Below are positions 55,734-63,878 of a stretch of 64,000 bases of DNA, piece after piece. The number at the start of each line of letters is the position of its first letter. Within the stretch, counting starts at the first letter, position 1. The stretch spans positions 34,288-98,287 of IMG/VR virus record IMGVR_UViG_2700988815_000001. One strand, written 5' to 3'. The DNA comes from a virus. Taxonomy: Duplodnaviria > Caudoviricetes. The notes below the pieces were generated by a model. It ran no database searches and was not told the DNA's origin. It saw only the letters and a program-made list of their open reading frames with translations. A program made the translations under genes and the position numbers.

Positions 55734-55931
55734 TTACCAGAATGACGCCCACCCTCCCCACCTTGTACTCCAGTGTCTGGGCTTTCGCCTGTCGTTCCTG
55801 CTATGGCCTATTATACAGACCTAAAAACTCAATACAAGCCTTGTTTTAAAATATTTTCTATGCTATTCGCACGCGCCCCCGGTTCATCTAATTAGCCTCA
55901 AAACTATTTTCGATTTTCTTTTAAAAAGTTG

Positions 55932-55959
55932 TTGACGTGGTTTGTCAGTTTGATAAGAT
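55932..55959 (+). promoter_or_regulatory. Early sigma70-type promoter
   Basis: TTGACG-N16-TAAGAT with an AT-rich UP-like element. Confidence 0.7.
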
Positions 55960-56002
55960 GGCCCCACACAAACAAACAGCCACTAAGGCAAAGGAAAACG
56001 CA

Positions 56003-57067
56003 ATGACCACTCCAGCTCAAGAACGCGGTATCGTCGTAAACGTCACTCGCTTGCATCACCCTGAAAATTCCGGTGTGTGGTTCTTGCAAGAAGATGATGG
56101 GAGCCAGTTCCCATATTTCCGAAACGAAAGTATGACAGAACAATATCGTTGCTTTTGTATCCACGACGTGGTAGTGGTTCAACAACCAGCGCCAGCGCCT
56201 TTGCCAGTTCCTAGCGTAGATTTTTCGGTAATGGGGTTGACACCTCCCCCGGCACCTGTCACAATCGCACCACAACCAACAACCGAGGCGCCACAAATGC
56301 AATACACTACCCTGCAAAAGCAAGCCCTTGACTGCTTCACTACCATGTATAACCGTGCTGAGCAAGTGCGGAATGGTGATAGTATTTCTGATAGTTTGTT
56401 CTATGTAGGGTACGGAATTTGTGATAACATCCCTCGCTGCAAGCCTAGCGGCTCTGATAGCGACACCTTGAGCACAATCAAGGATAACTTGATCCGTCGC
56501 ACGCCTAGCTATAGCGGCAACTATCATTATCCTGTATCATGCCCTAACAATCCGGGTGACGTTGATTCTGCCGATAGTGCATGGGGCAATCATGCCAATA
56601 AGTGGACGGGAGCCTATGGCTCGCTACGCCTTGCCCAGCTTGCGGAATTGATTGAGCTTGTCAAAACCGTGTGGGATGATAAACTAGGTCAAGATCAAAC
56701 GCCAGCGGCACGTGTGGGCTTGATTGCAGGCGTCTCGCTGGTACGTGTGCCACGTCGTAACGATGAGATTTATCGCTTTGTTGCTGACGACCGTTCGTCG
56801 GACCCATACTTCGAACGACTTGACGGTGAGGATCGCCGTAGTATAGACTTGCGTCACATTGTCATTTTGCCAATGACCGAGTTTGAGAATGATTCTCGTT
56901 CGGTGGGTGAGTTCTTGGAAGCTATCAAGGCCGAACAGGATCAAGCCAAGGCTATTAAAGCCCAGATTGAGGCGCTGCAAAAGGCTTTGTCCGCCACTGG
57001 CACGACAATTGCAATGCTTGACTTTGGCCTTCGCACTGTGCATAAGGTTCAACGTCTGGACAAATAA
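56003..57067 (+). CDS. Hypothetical early protein (Pro-rich linker, coiled-coil C-terminus)
   Basis: RBS AAAGGA; first gene of the early cluster. Confidence 0.7.
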   Translation: MTTPAQERGIVVNVTRLHHPENSGVWFLQEDDGSQFPYFRNESMTEQYRCFCIHDVVVVQQPAPAPLPVPSVDFSVMGLTPPPAPVTIAPQPTTEAPQMQYTTLQKQALDCFTTMYNRAEQVRNGDSISDSLFYVGYGICDNIPRCKPSGSDSDTLSTIKDNLIRRTPSYSGNYHYPVSCPNNPGDVDSADSAWGNHANKWTGAYGSLRLAQLAELIELVKTVWDDKLGQDQTPAARVGLIAGVSLVRVPRRNDEIYRFVADDRSSDPYFERLDGEDRRSIDLRHIVILPMTEFENDSRSVGEFLEAIKAEQDQAKAIKAQIEALQKALSATGTTIAMLDFGLRTVHKVQRLDK

Positions 57068-57081
57068 ACTAAAATAAAGTG

Positions 57082-57109
57082 TTGACGCCCATTCTGATTC
57101 CTGTAGAAT
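57082..57109 (+). promoter_or_regulatory. Early sigma70-type promoter
   Basis: TTGACG-N16-TAGAAT. Confidence 0.75.
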
Positions 57110-57140
57110 GGGCCACACAAACCAGAAAAGAGGCTACAAA

Positions 57141-57296
57141 ATGAAAGCTTGGAATGTTTATCGCATTTGTGGGGTTGTAGGTGTATGGGTTGATACTGTA
57201 TACTTCCAACCTGATATGGAAGCTTCGGACGTACACGCTTCAATCGAGGATGATTACGATTATCCAGTCAGAATTAAACCAGATTGTGAGGATTAA
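57141..57296 (+). CDS. Hypothetical early protein
   Basis: RBS AGAGG, start ATG 57141. Confidence 0.6.
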   Translation: MKAWNVYRICGVVGVWVDTVYFQPDMEASDVHASIEDDYDYPVRIKPDCED

Positions 57297-57298
57297 AA

Positions 57299-57469
57299 AT
57301 GAGTCTTAAAAATATGCAATACCGCAAGACAAGTCACTTCGGCCATGCTATACTGTCGATCTTGTTTTTCCCTTGGGTTATCGTTTGGGCAATCATTGCC
57401 CTAAGTAATAACAACTATAACAACAATTTGGATGTGATCCACGCAATCCAAACCAACGGGGCTAAGTGA
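57299..57469 (+). CDS. Small membrane protein (56 aa)
   Basis: HAILSILFFPWVIVWAIIAL hydrophobic segment; RBS GAGG. Confidence 0.55.
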   Translation: MSLKNMQYRKTSHFGHAILSILFFPWVIVWAIIALSNNNYNNNLDVIHAIQTNGAK

Positions 57470-57565
57470 GTAAATTTATAGTTTAGTGTGTTGACAGTGA
57501 CGCACTAAGCCAGTAAGATTACACACACCGGCCAACAACGGCCACAACTGAAAAGAGGCTACAAA

Positions 57566-57865
57566 ATGACTACTATCGTTCGCACTGACGCCGTATCCAA
57601 TGCAATCGCTAAAATGATCCGTGACAATGGTTCGAAGTGGATGGGCGTTACCTTTGTTAAAAAGAATGGCGAAGTCCGCACCTTGAATTGCCATGTTCGC
57701 ACTGTCAAGGGCCACACCGGCCACAACAATGCAAGCCACGTCGAAAAGTACGTGACCGTCGTCCTGAATGAAAAGGACGAAAAGGGGAATGAACAATTCC
57801 GCAATGTCAATATGGAAACTGTCGTTAGTCTGTCGATTGCAGGCCGAAAAATCAGCTTCCAATAA
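57566..57865 (+). CDS. SH3/WYL-like beta-barrel protein (DUF2693-like)
   Basis: VTFVKKNGEVRTL...FRNVN motif; own promoter TTGACA-N17-TAAGAT at 57491. Confidence 0.6.
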   Translation: MTTIVRTDAVSNAIAKMIRDNGSKWMGVTFVKKNGEVRTLNCHVRTVKGHTGHNNASHVEKYVTVVLNEKDEKGNEQFRNVNMETVVSLSIAGRKISFQ

Positions 57866-57881
57866 CGCTTGCGGTTAGTGA

Positions 57882-57989
57882 GTTTGTAATATACACTAGG
57901 TAGCTCAAATGTAAGAGCAAGGGACTAGGCGCCTAGTTTCACACCCTGATATTAGCGACGAAACGCTGATTCTAGTGTATATTGCAGGC
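57882..57989 (+). ncRNA. Candidate tRNA-like structured RNA on a long closing stem
   Basis: 19-bp stem with G-U pairs enclosing a D-arm-like TAGCTC-N8-GAGCA and two further hairpins. Confidence 0.6.
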
Positions 57990-58016
57990 AATCAAGCCTA
58001 GACAAAGGATTTAAAA

Positions 58017-58157
58017 ATGCGTACAATCAAAGCTCAAGAATTTGCTAAGCCGTACCAGTATGAGCAAGCCAAGAAACAAGCTCGCCGGTCTGATATTGGT
58101 CGCCGTAGTGGTCGCCGTGGCTCTCAAGCTTGGGGTGTGTGGGCAGAAAAAGAATAA
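58017..58157 (+). CDS. Small Arg-rich protein (46 aa), paralog of 52847-52990
   Basis: RBS AAAGGA; MRTIKAQEFAKPYQYEQAKKQARRSDIGRRSGRRGSQAWGVWAEKE. Confidence 0.65.
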   Translation: MRTIKAQEFAKPYQYEQAKKQARRSDIGRRSGRRGSQAWGVWAEKE

Positions 58158-58221
58158 AGAAAAGGCTTTACAAGCCTAGCCAATCCGGTACAATGACCGG
58201 ACACAAACAGGAGATTGAAAA

Positions 58222-58335
58222 ATGTTCTTTTATGTCTGGTTCCCTTCAATTCGTTATGCTAAAATGTGGGCCGATACTTGTGGTTATGATGTCAAGTTAG
58301 GCAAACAGGACGGAATGTGGTATGTGGGGTTTTAA
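58222..58335 (+). CDS. Small hypothetical protein (37 aa)
   Basis: RBS AGGAG; promoter TTTACA-N16-TACAAT upstream. Confidence 0.5.
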   Translation: MFFYVWFPSIRYAKMWADTCGYDVKLGKQDGMWYVGF

Positions 58336-58716
58336 ATGGCTGGACTGAGGCGTCCCCCAAAAGCGCCTAGCAAGCCAAAGGCTAAAGCTAGGCCACCTAT
58401 CCACCAACGGATCTTAGGCCGCTCTCAAGTTGAAATAGACAATCTAGACGACCTAGAGCTAGAGCTGGAAAAGGCTTATAACCTTGACTTGCTTGAATAT
58501 GACACTTATCTAGATTGTTGGGAAGCCTTGAATCTAAGGCGAGAAAAGGCTAATATAGGATTGGCCAAAGCAACGGGAAAATATGTCAAACCTGATAAAA
58601 AGGTTGACATTCAAGTCAGAAGGGTGAGACAATCACGCCCAAAGGCTCTAAGCTTGTGGCAAAAGAAGTTGATTTTTGTGGTGTGTTTTCTGATTTTTAT
58701 CAAAGTTTTTTGTTGA
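58336..58716 (+). CDS. Hypothetical protein with C-terminal TM segment
   Basis: Starts directly after the upstream stop. Confidence 0.55.
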   Translation: MAGLRRPPKAPSKPKAKARPPIHQRILGRSQVEIDNLDDLELELEKAYNLDLLEYDTYLDCWEALNLRREKANIGLAKATGKYVKPDKKVDIQVRRVRQSRPKALSLWQKKLIFVVCFLIFIKVFC

Positions 58717-58780
58717 CACACCCGCTCAATGCTGTAGAATCCTCCTTATCGAAACGCAACACTGAATAGGTAAAAGCAAA

Positions 58781-59479
58781 ATGGCATTTTTCGTATTGAA
58801 CCCTGTATCTGGTAACGCTAAAACTGGCCCTATGCCTGTATCCACTTCTAACAGTGCTACATGCCCAGACGCATGCCCTATCAAGGTTAAAGGCTGTTAC
58901 GCAAAGTATGGCCCTGTAGGGATGCACTGGCGTAAACTGGACAACGGCGAATCGAAAAATGCTGCTAGCTGGCCGGAATTTGTCAAGCAAATTAAAGGCA
59001 TTGCAAAGGGTAGCTTGTGGCGTCATAATCAAGCTGGCGACTTGGTTGGTACAAACGACGTAATTGATAATGATTCTCTAGAGCAACTGGTTTGGGCGAA
59101 TCGCGGTAAAAAGGGCTTTACATACACGCACTACCCTGTACTTGACGACCAATCGAACTACAGCATTCATAACCGTAACAGCATTGGCAATGCTAACAGC
59201 CGTGGCTTTACAATCAATTTGAGCGGTAACGATACGGCACACGCCGACAAGCTCAAGGCTTTGAATATTGGCCCCGTTGTTACCCTTATGCCACGTGACG
59301 CCGAAAAGGTTAGCTACACACCCAACGGCAATAAAGTTGTAATTTGCCCAGCGGAAAACAGCGACAAGGTTAATTGCCTAACGTGCGGCCTTTGTCAAGT
59401 AGTGGATAGGAATTATATCATTGGCTTTCGTGCTCATGGTACAGCGGCAAAAACAGTTGAACTAATAGCCAAAGGCTAA
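58781..59479 (+). CDS. Gp88-like Cys-cluster (radical-SAM-related) protein
   Basis: SGNAKTG, CPDAC......CYA, RHNQAGD, FTYTH, CPA......CLTCGLC, F.AHG. Confidence 0.6.
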   Translation: MAFFVLNPVSGNAKTGPMPVSTSNSATCPDACPIKVKGCYAKYGPVGMHWRKLDNGESKNAASWPEFVKQIKGIAKGSLWRHNQAGDLVGTNDVIDNDSLEQLVWANRGKKGFTYTHYPVLDDQSNYSIHNRNSIGNANSRGFTINLSGNDTAHADKLKALNIGPVVTLMPRDAEKVSYTPNGNKVVICPAENSDKVNCLTCGLCQVVDRNYIIGFRAHGTAAKTVELIAKG

Positions 59480-59487
59480 TAGAATAT

Positions 59488-59523
59488 AAGGCGCCAGCTA
59501 TCAAGTTAGGCGCCTTTTCTTTT
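59488..59523 (+). terminator. Rho-independent terminator
   Basis: AAGGCGCC...GGCGCCTTTTCTTTT. Confidence 0.7.
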
Positions 59524-59534
59524 GAGGGTAATAA

Positions 59535-59876
59535 ATGAATAGCACAATATATGCCGCGCTGAATCAATGTTCCACCACTGGCCTAGAACGTCAAATTGCC
59601 TTTATGGAATGCCCAGACGGCAAGCGGGTTAGGCTTTACAAGGATCACAAGGAATGGCATCGTATCGCCTTGTATGAGTCAGACGCGCCGGATAGTGGTA
59701 TAAGCGGCGTTATCGTCCAACCAGACGGCGAAGTGTACTATAAGCAAACCGCGCCCCATGCTCAAGGGAACGGCCATACAAGGGCATTACAGGCAATGCT
59801 AACCATATGGGGAGTGCATTGGTATAGGTCGGAACTACTCACTGAATCAGGCGCAGCATGCTACAAAATAAAGTAA
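59535..59876 (+). CDS. Putative GNAT-fold acetyltransferase
   Basis: TAPHAQGNGHTRAL resembles acetyl-CoA binding motif A; C-terminal LTESGAAC. Confidence 0.5.
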   Translation: MNSTIYAALNQCSTTGLERQIAFMECPDGKRVRLYKDHKEWHRIALYESDAPDSGISGVIVQPDGEVYYKQTAPHAQGNGHTRALQAMLTIWGVHWYRSELLTESGAACYKIK

Positions 59877-59984
59877 AAAGAATCGAAAATAGTTGTAGAC
59901 AAGCCAAACGAAAAGCGTAGAATAGACCACACAAGAGGCAAACAAGCCTCACACACTGAAACGCACTACTAAGGAAATTGCACA

Positions 59985-60254
59985 ATGAAAGCTATCAAAA
60001 TCGACGTCCGCACCCTGACAATCGGCCAAAAGAAAATGCTGGCCGCTATCCTAAAGGATCAAGGCGCTTTCCGTATCGAGCGTGGTAGCAAACTAGTTGT
60101 GCAAGGTGAAAGCCACAAGGTGTGGGAAACTCAAAACGGCCTTTTCGTTTACGTTTCTGAATTTAACGAATTGAAGCAAGGCTACAGCGAAAAAGTTTTT
60201 AACGATAGCCCATTGCAAGCTGTTACCCTTTGCGATATCATTAAATCACTCTAA
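59985..60254 (+). CDS. Hypothetical early protein
   Basis: RBS TAAGGA; promoter TAGACA-N16-TAGAAT upstream. Confidence 0.65.
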   Translation: MKAIKIDVRTLTIGQKKMLAAILKDQGAFRIERGSKLVVQGESHKVWETQNGLFVYVSEFNELKQGYSEKVFNDSPLQAVTLCDIIKSL

Positions 60255-60280
60255 AGCAAACCACTCAAGGATATAGCAAA

Positions 60281-60784
60281 ATGCGTAAACTCATTGGAAA
60301 AGGCGCTTTCACCCGTGCTTATCAAATCGCCTTGAATCAGGTCGAAGTGATTAGTTCTTGCCCAGCTAAAGAATGTTATGCTATGTTTTCTCAAGGCAAT
60401 CCATTCGCCCCAACAATTGAGCATGTAGGGCAAGCCAACGACGGCAAGGGCATTTTCCATATGCCGCTATATCCTAAGATGAAAAGCATTAAGACTCAAT
60501 TTAATGCCACGGCCTTGCATGTTTACCGTCAATTGCGTAGACTTGAGCTTTACGCTGACAACTACCAGACATTTTGCAAGATGGTAGAAAATCTAGAGTT
60601 GACACAAGATCAAAAGGACGGTATTATCTCGCTTGCAAGTGACGTATGCAATGCGATTGATTGCCGGGATATGCGATTCGAAATATCGCCTCGGAATGTT
60701 TCTTGCGATAGCGACGGCAATCTGGTAATGTTAGACTGCTTTTTCAGTATGAAAGAATTGTGCAAAGTGAGGGGATGGTTTTAA
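60281..60784 (+). CDS. Minimal protein-kinase-fold protein
   Basis: Gly loop IGKGAFTRAY, catalytic-loop-like EISPRNV, LVMLD. Confidence 0.6.
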   Translation: MRKLIGKGAFTRAYQIALNQVEVISSCPAKECYAMFSQGNPFAPTIEHVGQANDGKGIFHMPLYPKMKSIKTQFNATALHVYRQLRRLELYADNYQTFCKMVENLELTQDQKDGIISLASDVCNAIDCRDMRFEISPRNVSCDSDGNLVMLDCFFSMKELCKVRGWF

Positions 60785-60879
60785 TGGAAAGCCTACGCCA
60801 GCGGTATCAGATTTATGTCGATTGTGCAACTAGTTTAGGCTGGACAATCAAAAGCTTTGACGAATGGCTCAATAGCTAA
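60784..60879 (+). CDS. Small hypothetical protein (31 aa)
   Basis: TAATG coupling; ...IKSFDEWLNS. Confidence 0.5.
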   Translation: MESLRQRYQIYVDCATSLGWTIKSFDEWLNS

Positions 60880-60958
60880 AAGATTCAATTTAAGGGCTTG
60901 CAATGTATCGAGCCCTTCTGTAGACTCTTTTCCTATCAACACACAAGGATACGCCAGC

Positions 60959-61432
60959 ATGATCACCGTCACCTCCCTAGTAAGTCCTACAATGATTGCC
61001 AAGATCCGTCAAGGCTTGCACCATGCTATCAAGTGCGAAGGCCACAAGATGGGCGGACATGGTAACAGGGTTTACATTCAAAACCGCAAAGGGCATAATA
61101 TCTTGCGGATTGACTGGAAAGGGCAAGGGAAGTATATTGCCTATGGTGGCGCCGACTGGGGCCAAACGGATGTCACTGAGATTGTAAAGGAAGCGTTACA
61201 GCGTGGCTGTAGCTCTAACCGTATCAAGCCACGTCTGTTAACCTGTACAGACGGATACAAAGCAACACACCCAACAACTGAAAAGAACGTACAAATGGCA
61301 AGGGCTTTTATCGAGTCCAATCCAGACCTAAAAGCTCGCCTTGCACAATTGGCAAAGCTAGCAGGCATTGGAGCTAGTAAAGTGGCAATCATTGGCCTTT
61401 GTTTGTCTAACTTGAGTGGCGGTTTTATCTAA
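60959..61432 (+). CDS. Hypothetical early protein
   Basis: RBS AAGGA; promoter TTGCAA-N17-TAGACT upstream. Confidence 0.6.
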   Translation: MITVTSLVSPTMIAKIRQGLHHAIKCEGHKMGGHGNRVYIQNRKGHNILRIDWKGQGKYIAYGGADWGQTDVTEIVKEALQRGCSSNRIKPRLLTCTDGYKATHPTTEKNVQMARAFIESNPDLKARLAQLAKLAGIGASKVAIIGLCLSNLSGGFI

Positions 61433-61605
61433 TGGCCCTCACTATCACAGTGACGCTGATTCGCTCTCTAAAGCGCGTCGAAGTGTCTAGAGCTGGAAAG
61501 GTATTCACCAGTGGTCAAGTGTATAATATGAGCCACTATAGAGCCGTTGAGAGCCGTTTTAAAGCATGGGATAGGCAAGGCTGGCCATATGAGCCGAAAG
61601 AGTAA
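61432..61605 (+). CDS. Hypothetical protein (57 aa)
   Basis: TAATG coupling. Confidence 0.45.
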   Translation: MALTITVTLIRSLKRVEVSRAGKVFTSGQVYNMSHYRAVESRFKAWDRQGWPYEPKE

Positions 61606-61773
61606 AACGGATCGGCCACACGTTACCTTGAGTATGACAGGATTTTCTTGAGCCTGTCAACCTCAAAAGTTCTTTAAAAATTTGAAAATAATGCTTTACA
61701 GTGTAGTTCGTTCCTGTAGAATGGCCGACATAGGGAAGCAAACAGCAAGCCCTAACCCAGAAGGTGATAGCAA

Positions 61774-62217
61774 ATGAACGTAATGGCCAAAGCTCACAAG
61801 ATTACCCGTGCTACTGTAGACGCCTCTCCTGTCAAGCTTTGCTATCGTTCGTTGTTTGTTGCCGCTCTAAAGGATTGCCACAAAATGAATAAAGAACAAA
61901 TGGCCGCTGTCAAGCATTTTGAAGACGCTATCGCCCGTACACTGGTACACTTCGAAAAGCTAGGCGTAAACGACTACTACATTGCAATTGAGAATAATTC
62001 TCAAATCAATGACTACACAATCCTGAAACACAAGGATGAGAATGATTTGCAATCACCGCTTGGATGGGCCAGCTACGCAAATGCGATTGTGACTCATCAC
62101 GCTCAAGCGGTACAATATGAAATAGCTTATCCGCCAGTTGTCAAGCTTCACGCTCAAACGTACCTTTCGAAAGTGCTGGAATCATTCCGCGAAAACATCA
62201 CACAAATTCAAAAATAA
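61774..62217 (+). CDS. Hypothetical early protein
   Basis: Promoter TTTACA-N16-TAGAAT upstream; RBS AAGGTG. Confidence 0.65.
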   Translation: MNVMAKAHKITRATVDASPVKLCYRSLFVAALKDCHKMNKEQMAAVKHFEDAIARTLVHFEKLGVNDYYIAIENNSQINDYTILKHKDENDLQSPLGWASYANAIVTHHAQAVQYEIAYPPVVKLHAQTYLSKVLESFRENITQIQK

Positions 62218-62281
62218 GCGTTTACAGGGGGCATTCAAATTGATAGAATGCTCCCACACCAACCAACAACGGAACAACAAA

Positions 62282-62500
62282 ATGGCAAAGCGACTGATTC
62301 ACACTGAAACGCACGTAACTGGTTTGGGCATCACCCACACTGCAAAAGTGTATCGGGATAGCGAGTGGAACGAATGGCAAGTTGTTTTTGCAAAGGATCG
62401 TAACGTGGCCTTTAAAGCCAGTTACCACACAAGCGACAAGGCCGACGCTGTAGACACTGCAAAGTATCACATTGTACGCATGGCTAAACAATTCGCATAA
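62282..62500 (+). CDS. Hypothetical early protein
   Basis: Promoter TTTACA-N17-TAGAAT; AKVYRDSEWNEW...YHT.DK.DA. Confidence 0.65.
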   Translation: MAKRLIHTETHVTGLGITHTAKVYRDSEWNEWQVVFAKDRNVAFKASYHTSDKADAVDTAKYHIVRMAKQFA

Positions 62501-62568
62501 AAGGCTATGCAAGGGCTGTTCTAGTTGATAGAATAGCCTCACACACAAACAGCAAGAAGGGTTAGCAA

Positions 62569-62769
62569 ATGTTCAAACTAGACTCATTGCACGTTGTCCT
62601 GATGGTGGCCCTTGTGGGCGTTACGATTAATCTTGGCATTGTTCTTCATAATTCTATTACCGTTGCACAATATAAGAAGAACCCCAACGCAATGGCCGAA
62701 GCTTGCAAGGCTAATCCAAATCTGCTAGTGTGCCAGCTTCCAACCTCAAATAAGAAGGATTCGCAATAA
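62569..62769 (+). CDS. Small membrane protein
   Basis: N-terminal TM segment; upstream TAGAAT promoter. Confidence 0.55.
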   Translation: MFKLDSLHVVLMVALVGVTINLGIVLHNSITVAQYKKNPNAMAEACKANPNLLVCQLPTSNKKDSQ

Positions 62770-63035
62770 TGGCTATCTCGACAATCGCTGTCATGTTCAC
62801 AGCTTGCACTTATGCCGCTTGCAACACATACGCCATTGATACAGCCGATAGCTCAAGGGATTGCATGACCAATCTCGTCAAGCATTCTAACGAATTTGCC
62901 AATGTATGGGCAATCACAACAACGCCTAAGCCCTTGCAAGCATGGCTTGACAAATTCAATGTTAGCGAGGATGCACCACTGCTAACAGATTATGACTTTA
63001 CGTGTGAACCAATCCACACCGATGACACTCCGTAA
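62769..63035 (+). CDS. Hypothetical protein
   Basis: TAATG coupling, RBS AAGGA. Confidence 0.6.
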   Translation: MAISTIAVMFTACTYAACNTYAIDTADSSRDCMTNLVKHSNEFANVWAITTTPKPLQAWLDKFNVSEDAPLLTDYDFTCEPIHTDDTP

Positions 63036-63078
63036 ACGTCGTTTGCACACCATAACCCAACACACAAGACAACACACG

Positions 63079-63104
63079 ACCCGCCATAGAGCGGGTTTTT
63101 GTTT
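63079..63104 (+). terminator. Rho-independent terminator ending the early cluster
   Basis: ACCCGC-CATAGA-GCGGGT-TTTTGTTT. Confidence 0.8.
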
Positions 63105-63659
63105 GCACGCCTAAAGCGTAGCTTTAATGGTTGTATATCCGAAAGCTACGCTTTCATTTTATGCACTATCAATGCCAAAGGCATTAGAGCTGATGCACTA
63201 GAAAAATGCGTTAGCATTTTGTTGTATTGAGTAATAAAAACCAACAATAAACTAACTCAAAACTATATCAAAACCTAAGCCAAGGCTTAGAAGGGTAACA
63301 GCTCAAACCTACGGTTTAAAGGCGTCTAAAACGGCCTGTAGGCCACGTGATACAAGGCTTAGAGCATGATCGACCGATAGCGTAGCTATCATGATATTAC
63401 CCTTTAAAATGAGTCTAAACCCCTTTCCTGTACTCTAGCTAGCGTGTGTGAGGGACGATAGGCCCGATATACTAAGCGAAGCGATCTCACTTTCAATAAA
63501 TTGTCAAGCATTTTCTTAGAATGATTAGCTATGTCCTACGGACAAAAGAATATAACACCATACGGGCGAATCCCTCAAGGTTGGCACGCACCATGCAAGG
63601 CAAACAGCATGCCAGATAATCCCCTTGACAATGGCCCTCCCCTTGTGGTGTGTCCTCTC

Positions 63660-63851
63660 TATATAGTGCAACGGTAATTCAAATGAGAGTAATTCGCATT
63701 CAGGGTAGCACACCCTGTGAGGGTAATCCTCCTGTATATAGTGCAACGGTAATTAATGCACACCGAAATGAAATGAGCACCCCTAAGAATGTATATCCTA
63801 ACGTGCGTGCCATCCCTTGTGTGATGCTCTTCTATATAGTGCAACGGTAAT
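63660..63851 (+). repeat. Three exact 19-bp direct repeats TATATAGTGCAACGGTAAT
   Basis: Copies at 63660-78, 63735-53 and 63833-51. Confidence 0.9.
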
Positions 63852-63862
63852 GCCAAAGGGTA

Positions 63863-63878
63863 TGTTTCACGTGGAACA
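63863..63878. promoter_or_regulatory. parS-like 16-bp palindrome (ParB binding site)
   Basis: TGTTTCACGTGGAACA fits the chromosomal parS consensus TGTTYCACGTGRAACA. Confidence 0.7.

Noticed and set aside
57894-57977. Canonical tRNA gene
   Set aside because: Lacks the TTCRA T-loop, a 7-nt anticodon loop and CCA; kept only as a tRNA-like candidate
63660-63851. Mini CRISPR array
   Set aside because: 19-bp repeats with 56- and 79-bp spacers that share sequence; no cas genes
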